From a virus (lineage: Duplodnaviria > Heunggongvirae > Uroviricota > Caudoviricetes), in the IMG/VR virus record IMGVR_UViG_3300028048_000107, positions 12,254 to 76,253 of that record: 64,000 bases of DNA. One strand, given 5' to 3'. The notes under the pieces are model-generated. The model did no database searches. It was not told the origin of the DNA and saw only the letters and a list, made by a program, of their open reading frames with translations. A program made the position numbers and the translations under genes. Of the stretch, positions 54,494 through 64,000 are shown in pieces (within the stretch, counting starts at the first letter, position 1; each line of letters opens with the position of its first letter).

Positions 54494-57400
54494 TCAAACT
54501 GAGTATAGTGTAAATTCCAACCAACCAATTGAAGAACCTCTATACTTATAAGATTTTGACATACTGCTATCATTTGTAAACACAGAAGTAAATACAAAAT
54601 CTTCATCTATATCAATTTTTCTAATTATAGCATTACCATTAGAATCCTTACCATCAACTCTGTAACACTCATTGCTAGAAATATTATACCTATTACCATC
54701 TATGTTAAGAACATCAGAAGAATTATAACTAAGTGAACCAACAAAAATAATTGGACAATATGTATAATGAACAACTGTACTTGCATTATACGGAGATGCA
54801 GGAATAGTTAAGAAATCTGATGTAATCAAACTAGTAGCGTATGTAACAACTGCTGTAGATGTCGAAACTATTCCCAATAAAATAGGAGTTCTATAATTTA
54901 TAAATCTTTTATACTTATCATATGAATTTAAACCATTAGTTATATTTTTAGTATATAATTCAAAATTTACTTCATTTATTTCTTGTAGCCTATTACCAAG
55001 TTGTCTGCAAAAATCTACCCATTTGAATTTAAAATCTTCCACAAGATTTCCTAGAGTATCTTGTGAATCATATACATACTCTTTTGTATTATTAGTATCA
55101 GAAGTAATAGAAATAGCGTTTACAACACCATCTTCTGGCAAAACACTATTATCTTGCTGATGTAAAATACTAAAGGTATTAAACTTATTACGAGACTTAA
55201 ACTTAAAATTTATGTCTCCTGCAAATAATGCTGTAGTAGGATAATTATGTTGGTAATCAGTTTCTGTGCCTCTGTCTCCACCGAATGTCATATCTGCCAT
55301 AATAGAAGGAGATTCGCTTCTCCTTACAGTAGTATAGCTATCAACTTTTGTAATATCAAATTTTTGCATTACAGACATAGATTCAGATAATAATTCATAT
55401 TGCTCATTAGCAATACTACCTGCTGGACAAACATAAGCAGATTGTGTGACAGATAAACCAAAATTCAAGAAAAATACATATGAATTTGCATAATGTTCTT
55501 TTGGAAGTGTATCAAAAACTCCTCTTATTACACCCTTCAATCTAAAAGTACCATTATTCAAAGATTCAATTGTATCATAAGACATTATTTCTTTATCAAC
55601 TAAAATTAAATTCTGGCCACTCAAATTATTATAAGCTGTAGGATTTGATTGAACCAAAGTAACTCTATCACTAAAAGTATTAAAACTGTCATAACCAACA
55701 GGTACAACTATAAATCCTACTACATCATCCTCATAAGATTCTTCCATTAAATAATATAATCTACCAACCATAGACCATATTGTAGCACTTATAGAAGGAG
55801 CATAATTACCATTTATATATCTATAAACATACCATTTAACTGTATCCTCATCTGGACGAGAAGCATAAGCATAAACATAAGTATCTAAACTTCTTAACAT
55901 TTCATATGGATACTCAAAATAAGTATATACAACAATTGGTGATGGCTCAATAACAACATCTTCCCAACCAATTGTCCCTAATTCACCATATTCTGTTTTT
56001 TCAAATCCAAACACATCTTCTACAGCAGTAACACTTATTTTTCCGTCTGTAAGAGTACCATAATCAATATCTGTTATTCTAAATACCTGTCTAGATATAC
56101 CATACGGCTCCCATGATACTAATATAGGTTCACCTAAAGTTAAATCATAAGCATACCTACTAGACTCAAAGTTTATAGTTGCTAATGGATAAGCAGCTGA
56201 TAAAAGTTGGGCTTGTGCAAATGACCTTGCATTATCTTTTGTAGTAAAATAAGTTGCATCAGCATTTATTTCATTTATTGTATGAGTTATCTTAATATTA
56301 GCTAGATCAGATACGCTAACTGTACCTGTATCGTACTTAGCCCCCTCATCAGCAAATGTAAAACTTGCCACAACAGTACTAGACGTTTCAGACCAATCTA
56401 ATCTATTAAACTCCATATTAGAACAATTAGTCATATCAAATCTTTTAATCTTAGTAACATCATAATCTGCTCTAATGAGTAAAAATGTAAGTTTACCTGT
56501 AGTTGGATCATCATAGCAAGTACCATTTATATGATTTAGTATTTTATTTAAATATGAACTAACTTTATCAACTGCGTTTATATGACACGATATACCTAAA
56601 CCTTCTTCGGCACAAATATCTCCAAGTTTCATTAAGCTATCAATGTCTATTCTATCATCCTCATAATTACAGCCCCAATCTGGATTTTTTAATATTTCAT
56701 AAATTACTTCTGCTGGATTAGCATCATCTTTTAACCGTGACCAATCATTTTTTGATCTACCTCTAAGATCAGCTAATCTTGAAGGATAATTTACTACCTC
56801 AAACCACATTTCTGGTATCGTAGCTTGCTTACCTATATAAGCAGTATGAACAACACAAGTTAAAAACATTGGATATCTTGGAGTAAGTCCCTTTAAGTTT
56901 GCTGGAATATTTGGAGAACTTGCCATTTGATTTACCATCCAAGAATCTAAAGGTTGTGCATTTGTACCTAGATAAACATAAATATCTCCTACAAACCCAC
57001 CACCCTCGTCTACTCCTCCAAACATATCTTCATTATCTATTCTAGCAACTAAACCAGTGGGATTATCTTTTTTCCATGCTACATCTGGATCACTGCCCCA
57101 AACGCCCTGCTGAGTTGATTCTTTAACCTCAGAATCATAAACATTCATCCATATTTTCTTTAAACCTATATTATCTCCAGTCCAACATATAATATGTTGC
57201 CAACCCAAATAATATTTAAATCCTTTTTGAATGGTCGTTTTACCCATATGTCGTGTAAAAAGCCATAGAAGTATCTCCAATAATACTGTTACTATTATTT
57301 GAAGTATTGCTGCTCTCTTACTACCAGAATCAACTGTATGCGCTTCAGTAATTGTGCCTGAGTATGGCCCTGCTTGAACCGTACCAACTACTTTATCTGG

Positions 57401-57766
57401 CTGAGAAGCTAAAGCCAAAATTCCTAATACAATAGTAGGAATAATACTCCACCAAGGAAATTCAGTATGCATACCATATTCTTCTGTATATGCTCTATAA
57501 CTAAAATCTCCATAATATGATACAAGAGGATTTTTTACCATTGCTCTACCTATTACAACAGGTATTGCTGAACCTATTTGATTTGCATTTCCTCCAGTAA
57601 AATCAGATGGATCTTGTGTGCTTGAAGAGTCATCACTACTGGAATTTCTCATTAATAGCCATAATAATAAAGTACTAATTCCCCAACCAATAAACGATGA
57701 CCACATTGATTTATAAGGATTTCTCTGCCTATTTATAACCACACTATTATTAGAAGCCAAACACAC
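54494..57766 (-). CDS. large tail-tip/host-specificity-like protein (gpJ-like?), 1090 aa; possibly tape-measure-like
   Basis: Immediately follows a gpL-like Cys-cluster protein and precedes the fibre genes; N-terminal hydrophobic segments; no diagnostic motif seen. Confidence 0.3.
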   Translation of the reverse strand: MCLASNNSVVINRQRNPYKSMWSSFIGWGISTLLLWLLMRNSSSDDSSSTQDPSDFTGGNANQIGSAIPVVIGRAMVKNPLVSYYGDFSYRAYTEEYGMHTEFPWWSIIPTIVLGILALASQPDKVVGTVQAGPYSGTITEAHTVDSGSKRAAILQIIVTVLLEILLWLFTRHMGKTTIQKGFKYYLGWQHIICWTGDNIGLKKIWMNVYDSEVKESTQQGVWGSDPDVAWKKDNPTGLVARIDNEDMFGGVDEGGGFVGDIYVYLGTNAQPLDSWMVNQMASSPNIPANLKGLTPRYPMFLTCVVHTAYIGKQATIPEMWFEVVNYPSRLADLRGRSKNDWSRLKDDANPAEVIYEILKNPDWGCNYEDDRIDIDSLMKLGDICAEEGLGISCHINAVDKVSSYLNKILNHINGTCYDDPTTGKLTFLLIRADYDVTKIKRFDMTNCSNMEFNRLDWSETSSTVVASFTFADEGAKYDTGTVSVSDLANIKITHTINEINADATYFTTKDNARSFAQAQLLSAAYPLATINFESSRYAYDLTLGEPILVSWEPYGISRQVFRITDIDYGTLTDGKISVTAVEDVFGFEKTEYGELGTIGWEDVVIEPSPIVVYTYFEYPYEMLRSLDTYVYAYASRPDEDTVKWYVYRYINGNYAPSISATIWSMVGRLYYLMEESYEDDVVGFIVVPVGYDSFNTFSDRVTLVQSNPTAYNNLSGQNLILVDKEIMSYDTIESLNNGTFRLKGVIRGVFDTLPKEHYANSYVFFLNFGLSVTQSAYVCPAGSIANEQYELLSESMSVMQKFDITKVDSYTTVRRSESPSIMADMTFGGDRGTETDYQHNYPTTALFAGDINFKFKSRNKFNTFSILHQQDNSVLPEDGVVNAISITSDTNNTKEYVYDSQDTLGNLVEDFKFKWVDFCRQLGNRLQEINEVNFELYTKNITNGLNSYDKYKRFINYRTPILLGIVSTSTAVVTYATSLITSDFLTIPASPYNASTVVHYTYCPIIFVGSLSYNSSDVLNIDGNRYNISSNECYRVDGKDSNGNAIIRKIDIDEDFVFTSVFTNDSSMSKSYKYRGSSIGWLEFTLYSV

Positions 57767-57774
57767 TCACCACC

Positions 57775-58653
57775 TTATTCATATACTTTACCATTAGTAT
57801 CTCTTGCTATAACATCATCACGTATCCAATATGCTCCCTTACCAGCAGGATTTATAAAAGCATTATACGGCTCTATATAAGGAATACCACTAAAATTTGG
57901 AGTATTATTATACTTTAAAGCACATGTAGCAAACAACCCATCGCATCCAGGACATATAGTAAACATGCCTTCTTGATCTCTAGGAGCTATTGGATATTTA
58001 ATAGTTATAGTATTTCCAACATGAGATGCTACTTGTCTATATGCATTACCCATTTTTATATACCCACCATTAAAATAACCGTCATCATATGCACTCAATG
58101 TTGTTGAAGTAATAGTGAGTTTTTCAAACTTATTAGCTGATACCTTTATTGTATAAGCATTTTCATCTAATTGACACTTACTATCATAAATACAATTCTG
58201 ACAATAGTAACTCAATTTACCTCTCGGTAAACTCCTTGATAAAACATTTTCTATATTAACAGTTATCGTAGCATAACTCTCTGAAAATCTAACTTGAGAA
58301 ATTATACCGTCAACCAATCTAACATAATCATTACCAGTTTCATTATGTGTCCTAAAAATCTGCACTCTAACTGAATCTTCTTCTGGCGGTGCTCCCATAT
58401 ACAAAGTAGCTATTTCATTATTTCTTAAAACTGTTATATCACAAGATTCTTGACTACCTTGACTATTACCTAGCTTAAGACTTGGCCCCCTAGAAATAAT
58501 TGCAGGAGAAAATGTATAGCTATCACCATCAATAACTAGCTGTCTATCTCTTAAAGCACTAGTATAAGTATAATCTATGCCATTGTAGGTGAACATATAT
58601 AACTCTATAGGCATTGCTTTATCATAAGATAATTCATATGTCTCAAAACTCAT
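57775..58653 (-). CDS. tail tip assembly protein, lambda gpL/DUF2163-like (Cys cluster)
   Basis: CQNCIYDSKC and ICPGCDGLFATC Cys clusters as in Fe-S-binding gpL/BR0599 family; position upstream of the J-like gene. Confidence 0.35.
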   Translation of the reverse strand: MSFETYELSYDKAMPIELYMFTYNGIDYTYTSALRDRQLVIDGDSYTFSPAIISRGPSLKLGNSQGSQESCDITVLRNNEIATLYMGAPPEEDSVRVQIFRTHNETGNDYVRLVDGIISQVRFSESYATITVNIENVLSRSLPRGKLSYYCQNCIYDSKCQLDENAYTIKVSANKFEKLTITSTTLSAYDDGYFNGGYIKMGNAYRQVASHVGNTITIKYPIAPRDQEGMFTICPGCDGLFATCALKYNNTPNFSGIPYIEPYNAFINPAGKGAYWIRDDVIARDTNGKVYE

Positions 58654-59894
58654 TTATCATCCACCTCCGCAAAAGATAAATCAACACTAGCTGCTATATT
58701 AGATTCATAATTTATTTTTAAATCATCACTATCAAACCTAACTAAATTAAAGTATGAAATCATTAAAATTCTATCTAACGACATACTTTTTTTAGGAGGA
58801 GCTGTAAAAATAAGCTTACCCCTACGCTCATCATTTATTGTTTCAACAGTAACAGCAGATACTTCAACAATTTCACACTCCCAATCTTTTGAAAAAATAA
58901 TAATGTACTTTTTTCTACTAGTAACACCATAATATCTATATACATCAGCAGCATCTATGTAAATAAAGTTCCTCCCTCTAACTAAATTAGAAGTGGGAGT
59001 AAAATCATTTACCCATGATGGACAATAAAAAGATTTATATCTGCCTTTTATTAAATTAAAAAATAATATCATATTATTTATCATTTTCTTATTTCTCAAA
59101 AGAATAGTAAAACTAAAATTATCATAAGCAAAATCATTTTTTAAATCATAAGCAAAAATACCAGTATTTTGATCTACTCTATTTACGTTCTTTGAAATAG
59201 TTAACTTCAAATTATCATCATCAAAAAATTGTGGTGACATCGTAAGAATGTCTCTATCATTAAATTTTGTAGGAATATTAAACCTATTATACTGCTCAAT
59301 ATCAGTATAAAACTCAAAATACCCAGGATCTATATCAAATGAAGGTTTATACATTATATCTTCATAATTATATACAATATTTGTTCCATTAGAAAATATA
59401 TAGTTAAATGACTGATCCATAAGAATAGAACATTTAATTAATGGAACAACATAAGCATTTTTTGGATTCAAATGTCTATTTAAAACATTTTTTAATCTTA
59501 TTGTTTCACCTATATATGCCCTAACTTTCTTAACAGCATTTGCTCCTGTAGCATGATAAGCATCATCCTTAATAAAAATTTCAACCATATCACAATTATG
59601 AAATCCTAACATATATTCTGGTTGCATGTATATTGTATTACCACCAAAAAATTCTTCAGATAAATAAGCTATATCATGCCACATAGGAACATAATCATAA
59701 TTAGACTGTTTTTTCCTTGCCACATCCCGCATCCAATGTGCTTCTCTCACATTCATGGCAACATAGTCATAAGAAATTAATCTTCTTGGTTCTGATCTTA
59801 AACACCTACGTTGCTCTGACCCATCATAATTTTTCCATATGTCTGTTAAATACTGATATGTGACAGTGATCTTAGTATCTGACATAACTATCAC
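58650..59894 (-). CDS. hypothetical tail/baseplate protein
   Basis: 414 aa; ATGA overlap with downstream gpL-like gene. Confidence 0.35.
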   Translation of the reverse strand: MIVMSDTKITVTYQYLTDIWKNYDGSEQRRCLRSEPRRLISYDYVAMNVREAHWMRDVARKKQSNYDYVPMWHDIAYLSEEFFGGNTIYMQPEYMLGFHNCDMVEIFIKDDAYHATGANAVKKVRAYIGETIRLKNVLNRHLNPKNAYVVPLIKCSILMDQSFNYIFSNGTNIVYNYEDIMYKPSFDIDPGYFEFYTDIEQYNRFNIPTKFNDRDILTMSPQFFDDDNLKLTISKNVNRVDQNTGIFAYDLKNDFAYDNFSFTILLRNKKMINNMILFFNLIKGRYKSFYCPSWVNDFTPTSNLVRGRNFIYIDAADVYRYYGVTSRKKYIIIFSKDWECEIVEVSAVTVETINDERRGKLIFTAPPKKSMSLDRILMISYFNLVRFDSDDLKINYESNIAASVDLSFAEVDDK

Positions 59895-59900
59895 CTTCCA

Positions 59901-60860
59901 CTATGCCCACCAAGGAGACAAATCAAACGTAAACGCTTCAACATCTGACATATCTGGGTCTACTACAACATTAGAAGTTACAAACTCAAGTGTTTTCCAA
60001 ATTAACCAAGGCTCATATAAAGGTCTATTATTTGTCTGCTGATCAACTAATTGAATTGGTAAAAGTGCTGGAAACATGTCTATAGATAACTTAGGAATTA
60101 CAACATCATAATCTTGCTTTACCCCAAATATATCCCAATCTGGAATACGACTTTCTTTTGAATAGGGAATTATTGTATACATATCATTATTTATATTGAC
60201 ATTTGAATAATCTATCTCACTAAGCATAAACCCATACAAATCATCTATATCAACTAATTCCTCACTATCAACTACATCCGTACGTAATCCTAAATCAATA
60301 TTATGTAAATAAGCATAAACACCGCCAGATATTGGATTATCTATATCATCCACGCTATAAGGTCTTACTCTATCTGGAATCCAAAGATTATTTATACCAC
60401 TATCGCCTAAGTTTAATCTATCTGAATGATGAATACGCTTTCTCCATCTAACTGGTTTATAAAAACCAAGATTATAATCTCCAGGTAAATTATATATCTC
60501 AAATTGATGGCTTTTATGTACAGAAAAATCTATACAAAAATCATTTATACCAATTATTGTATTAGTAAATATTACAGTTCCTGAATCATCATAAATTTTA
60601 AATAATCTAGAACCAACATAATATCTATAAATATATCCAGGAATCAACGTATATATGGTGGTATAAGTATTTCCAGAATTAAAAATAAATCCTAATGATT
60701 CCCAAAATAATAAATCTATCTCATCCCCATAATATATACCTAACCCGTCTTTATCTAATGTATCACCATTTATGACCATTATATTATTAAAATAGGGGAT
60801 TGACGCACCTTGTATTATTTGAGGTTCAATAGTTTCTGATATATCTAAAATAGTTGTCAT
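59901..60860 (-). CDS. hypothetical virion structural protein
   Basis: 319-aa ORF in structural operon. Confidence 0.35.
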   Translation of the reverse strand: MTTILDISETIEPQIIQGASIPYFNNIMVINGDTLDKDGLGIYYGDEIDLLFWESLGFIFNSGNTYTTIYTLIPGYIYRYYVGSRLFKIYDDSGTVIFTNTIIGINDFCIDFSVHKSHQFEIYNLPGDYNLGFYKPVRWRKRIHHSDRLNLGDSGINNLWIPDRVRPYSVDDIDNPISGGVYAYLHNIDLGLRTDVVDSEELVDIDDLYGFMLSEIDYSNVNINNDMYTIIPYSKESRIPDWDIFGVKQDYDVVIPKLSIDMFPALLPIQLVDQQTNNRPLYEPWLIWKTLEFVTSNVVVDPDMSDVEAFTFDLSPWWA

Positions 60861-60883
60861 GATACTATACTCACCTCCAAATA

Positions 60884-62152
60884 TTACGGATCTGTATTAG
60901 TATCATCCTCAGAGTCACTTTCTTCACTACTGGAGTCTTGTTCTTGCTTAATACTTATACCATCAAACCCATATGTTCCTCTACGTTTTCCCATAGGAAA
61001 TATCTGACATATATCTATATTACTTGGATAATTTAATTTATATACTCCAGCTGTCTGCATATTTAAAGTACATACAAAATATACACCTAGAACTTGTCCA
61101 GCAGATGCATAAACATTTAATCCATCTGGGTCAACTTGGACAGCAAAATAAATAGGCAAGTTTATAGTTAAACAATTTAAAGTATTTATATTTCTACCCC
61201 AGTCAAACATATCTGCACTTTGCAAAACTGAATAATTAGGTATTTTACCATTAGTACTCCAACCTGGATCAGCATCTGGTGGAGCTTCAAGCCTTATCGG
61301 TAAAGACAATCTTTTACCTGTTAAATTATCTGCTCCACTTGATGCCCAAAATATAAATCCTCTAGCAGAAGTAGGAGCAGCATCTATATCCATTCTTAAA
61401 AACGTATTAGTTTTGTCACCGCTACACAACACAGGAAGAATAAATTTATCTGCGTCCATCTTATGAGTAAAGCATTCCCACGAAGTATTCTGCATATCTC
61501 TAGTTGCAGAGGCACTAAAAAATGCTCCTCCAGACCATTCTCCATAAGGCATTAACTGACCTATAATAATATGAGCACATTGCCTAAAAGTATCATTTTC
61601 TTTCATTATGGTAAAGACCAATGTATCAGCATTTTGACTAGTAACATTATTGCAATATAACGAGTAAGTAAAATTAGTAGGATTACCATCACTATCAGTA
61701 GTGGCAACAGGCATAAACCCGCCAAGGACTTCTATACCTTTATATGTCAATGGTACACCACCTTGATTATACCATCTAGCTACTGGAGAATAACCTTCAC
61801 TAACAATAACACCAATACCGTTTATAGTATCATCTTCTAATTTATTTGCTCCTGACATTGCAAGCTCATCTGTAGTACCAAAAATATTTACACCATTAGC
61901 ACTTCTTAATATATAAAAATACTCCATATTTCTACTACGAAAAACTAATTTCTTTCCATCAGAATCTGCTTGATCATATATATTAAGATCATCAACACAA
62001 TCAGCAACTATTGTATACCCCCTAGAAGCAATGTAAGTAGACATTACCTGAAGTACATCATTAGGAGTAGATAAATTACTGTATACTTGAAACGACACCA
62101 AAATCACCTCCCTCATACTTAGAAGTAAATTTGTATATATCAAAAACAACAC
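60884..62152 (-). CDS. hypothetical virion structural protein with acidic Ser/Glu/Asp C-terminus
   Basis: QEQDSSSEESDSEDDTNTDP tail; start probably internal (M at SMREVILVS) because of the 77-nt overlap with the upstream ORF. Confidence 0.35.
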   Translation of the reverse strand: MLFLIYTNLLLSMREVILVSFQVYSNLSTPNDVLQVMSTYIASRGYTIVADCVDDLNIYDQADSDGKKLVFRSRNMEYFYILRSANGVNIFGTTDELAMSGANKLEDDTINGIGVIVSEGYSPVARWYNQGGVPLTYKGIEVLGGFMPVATTDSDGNPTNFTYSLYCNNVTSQNADTLVFTIMKENDTFRQCAHIIIGQLMPYGEWSGGAFFSASATRDMQNTSWECFTHKMDADKFILPVLCSGDKTNTFLRMDIDAAPTSARGFIFWASSGADNLTGKRLSLPIRLEAPPDADPGWSTNGKIPNYSVLQSADMFDWGRNINTLNCLTINLPIYFAVQVDPDGLNVYASAGQVLGVYFVCTLNMQTAGVYKLNYPSNIDICQIFPMGKRRGTYGFDGISIKQEQDSSSEESDSEDDTNTDP

Positions 62153-63641
62153 AACTATATGTTATAGGAACCAACACGTTCCATAAGCCATTATAGAATG
62201 AAACAACTAAAGAAAAGCCATTATCATCTACTAAAGTATAATTACCCCCCTTTAAGGCAGCATCCACTAAATCTTGTTTAACAATCAATTTGCTAAATAC
62301 ATTATGTATATCTCCATAAAATATAGTGTATGTTGGAGAGTAAATAGCAATTATAATAGACCCCGTAGGGATACCATTATTATATGCACAATTAGGATTA
62401 AGCATTTTATTAGTTTCAACACCAAAAACATTGCTAGGCAATTCTGCTTCACAATTAAATGGTACTTTAATGTTACTCCCATCTGCAAGTATATCTGACG
62501 CACCAGCTTTCTCTAAATCTGTAGCTGAAAAATAAATTTGATCATTATTTAACATAGCCAAACCCTGATAGTAAATATTTAATCCTTTACCTGGACTTTT
62601 CATATAAGGTATATGTTTATCTAAAGCGCACAAAAACCACTTAGCACCTGTAGTTGGATAGTCTATTTTAACTGTAAACCACTTAGTAAAATGATAACTA
62701 CTACAATTTGCTAAATGTGGAATATGAGCAAAAAAGCCAAATAAATCTAAACTATCAACATCTCGTACAAATATATCTAAAGATTTTAAATTAGTTATAT
62801 CATTTAGGGTATTTACATTTCTTGGATGTGCTGTCACAGGATTATTAACAAAACTCAAATCATCTGGAACTAAACGAGTCAACTTAGTAATATCTGAGTC
62901 CTCTTCATCCTTAGTACCTAATCTATAAAGCTCTAAATCATTACTCAATCGACAATCATCAAAATTTACAATTTCAGTAGAATAAGTAAACGGAGCATAT
63001 ATAGGATCACCATCTTCAGTATACCCTACAACTAGGTTCATACTTATCTTGCCACGCCCAGATTTCATATTTATAAACAATTTATGATTATCATCATCAT
63101 GAAATGAATCAATATCTACAGGAAAACACATAAATATAGGAGAAAAAGGACTACAATCTAATAATCTAGTATCAAAATTTGGATTACCATTAAATGTTGC
63201 AGCATATACGTAAACATATGGTACAGAAACACCACTAGGATTAATAATACCTACAATCATAAAGGGGTATTGGATACGTGGCTCTATAAAACAAACATAA
63301 TCAGAACCAATAACAATAAAACACTCCTCCACACCCATAAAACCATGAGGCACTAAATAAGGATTTATCTCTATAGCGTCACCCATCGGACTTACACCAC
63401 CACGATTAGTCAACGCAGCTCTAGACATTGCCTTTACCCTATATTTAGGATTTAATAAATAATTATCAGATATCCATGATACCTTACTACCTGTTTTTTT
63501 AATATTTTCAAGTACATATTTTCGTAAATATTCATTTATATAAGTATTATCTGGGTCTATATTATCAAATATATATGTCAATAATGTGGATATATCATTT
63601 ATATCTTTCCAATCATCAGCACTAATACGAAATACTGCCAT
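62076..63641 (-). CDS. hypothetical virion structural protein
   Basis: 521-aa ORF. Confidence 0.35.
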   Translation of the reverse strand: MAVFRISADDWKDINDISTLLTYIFDNIDPDNTYINEYLRKYVLENIKKTGSKVSWISDNYLLNPKYRVKAMSRAALTNRGGVSPMGDAIEINPYLVPHGFMGVEECFIVIGSDYVCFIEPRIQYPFMIVGIINPSGVSVPYVYVYAATFNGNPNFDTRLLDCSPFSPIFMCFPVDIDSFHDDDNHKLFINMKSGRGKISMNLVVGYTEDGDPIYAPFTYSTEIVNFDDCRLSNDLELYRLGTKDEEDSDITKLTRLVPDDLSFVNNPVTAHPRNVNTLNDITNLKSLDIFVRDVDSLDLFGFFAHIPHLANCSSYHFTKWFTVKIDYPTTGAKWFLCALDKHIPYMKSPGKGLNIYYQGLAMLNNDQIYFSATDLEKAGASDILADGSNIKVPFNCEAELPSNVFGVETNKMLNPNCAYNNGIPTGSIIIAIYSPTYTIFYGDIHNVFSKLIVKQDLVDAALKGGNYTLVDDNGFSLVVSFYNGLWNVLVPITYSCVVFDIYKFTSKYEGGDFGVVSSIQ

Positions 63642-63642
63642 A

Positions 63643-63993
63643 CTAACCTTCTCCTAAATATATACATAAAACATTATTTAAACTGTATGTAGAAATCCCA
63701 CCAGTAGCATCTTCCATACCAAATTCTTTACGGACACAACTATTTGGAAGAACTAAATAGCGTGAATATTTATTTTTATAACCAACGACATCAATAATGG
63801 TACAATTATTTGATAAATTATAAAAAGTATTTTTTGTACTGGAAGACTTATCAACATTCCACGACAAATTATAAACAATACCTCTTGTTAAATCAAAATC
63901 TATATCTAAAGAATATTTAAAAGCTCTATTTAAAGAATTTTTATGCCATGTAGTTGTATATTGATTATTACCGTCAGTAAAAATAATATCCAA
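63643..63993 (-). CDS. hypothetical protein
   Basis: 116-aa ORF near window end. Confidence 0.3.
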   Translation of the reverse strand: MDIIFTDGNNQYTTTWHKNSLNRAFKYSLDIDFDLTRGIVYNLSWNVDKSSSTKNTFYNLSNNCTIIDVVGYKNKYSRYLVLPNSCVRKEFGMEDATGGISTYSLNNVLCIYLGEG

Positions 63994-64000
63994 TTTATCA

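Noticed and set aside
54494-57766. Calling the 1090-aa protein a tape-measure protein on the basis of its hydrophobic segments
   Set aside because: Its position (after a gpL-like Cys-cluster protein, before the fibres) fits a gpJ-like tip protein better, and no long coiled-coil/TMP repeats are evident. Left as an uncertain tail-tip protein.
192-62498. All plus-strand ORFs in the track (192..500, 4243..4557, 5645..5830, 6317..6517, 7579..7881, 12544..12747, 14800..15075, 15252..15515, 17224..17433, 18149..18406, 22552..22752, 24546..24803, 27008..27241, 28516..28698, 29774..30046, 30613..30843, 31656..31853, 32088..32276, 34439..34624, 35225..35419, 36334..36534, 38550..38735, 38779..38973, 39701..39883, 41608..41850, 42345..42539, 43982..44269, 45909..46091, 47750..47980, 48546..48749, 49693..49905, 49794..49982, 51980..52195, 59860..60042, 62274..62498)
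   Set aside because: Each lies antisense inside a well-supported minus-strand gene, is low-complexity (Leu/Ile/Phe/Ser-rich, as expected from antisense AT-rich code), lacks an RBS, and none interrupts the strictly unidirectional operon structure.
1-64000. CRISPR arrays, tRNA/tmRNA genes, integrase/excisionase, terminase or major capsid genes
   Set aside because: No spaced direct-repeat arrays, no cloverleaf-like GC-rich 70-90-nt islands outside the intron cores, and no recombinase or packaging motifs were recognised by eye. Absence is not proven without tRNAscan or HMM searches.

Overview
AT-rich (~28-30% GC) bacteriophage segment with essentially every gene on the minus strand (transcription runs from 64000 towards 1); the plus-strand ORFs in the track are antisense artefacts. 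Reading minus-strand 5'->3': (i) a virion/tail module (63993->40268) with gpL/gpJ-like tail-tip proteins, a 1225-aa fibre with ~16 CBM5/12-like repeats plus a LamG/ConA-like domain, five further repeat/lectin-domain fibre paralogs, a Sec-signal TpsA/FhaB-type TPS-domain protein, and an LL-H-like holin; (ii) a gene interrupted by a ~2.2-kb chimeric group I intron + TnpB element (IStron-like, 38127..40305); (iii) a second TnpB-only IS200/IS605 element, an SNF2 helicase, a 3D-domain protein, an SPFH/band-7 protein, and a third TnpB element; (iv) anaerobic RNR nrdD split into three exons by two group I introns carrying a GIY-YIG and an HNH homing endonuclease, then nrdG and dUTPase; (v) a replication module (DnaC-like loader, DnaB helicase, DnaG primase, family-A polymerase, sliding clamp, RecU-like resolvase, Cas4-like nuclease) plus three DNA methyltransferases and an unusual multi-zinc-ribbon/Vsr-like nuclease. 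Twelve near-consensus sigma-A-type promoters (TTGACA-N17-TATAcT, often TGn-extended) occur on the minus strand, several fused to intrinsic terminators. No integrase or CRISPR array was found; no tRNA was recognised by eye. Main caveats: exon/intron and IS boundaries are approximate, and structural-protein roles are inferred from motifs only.
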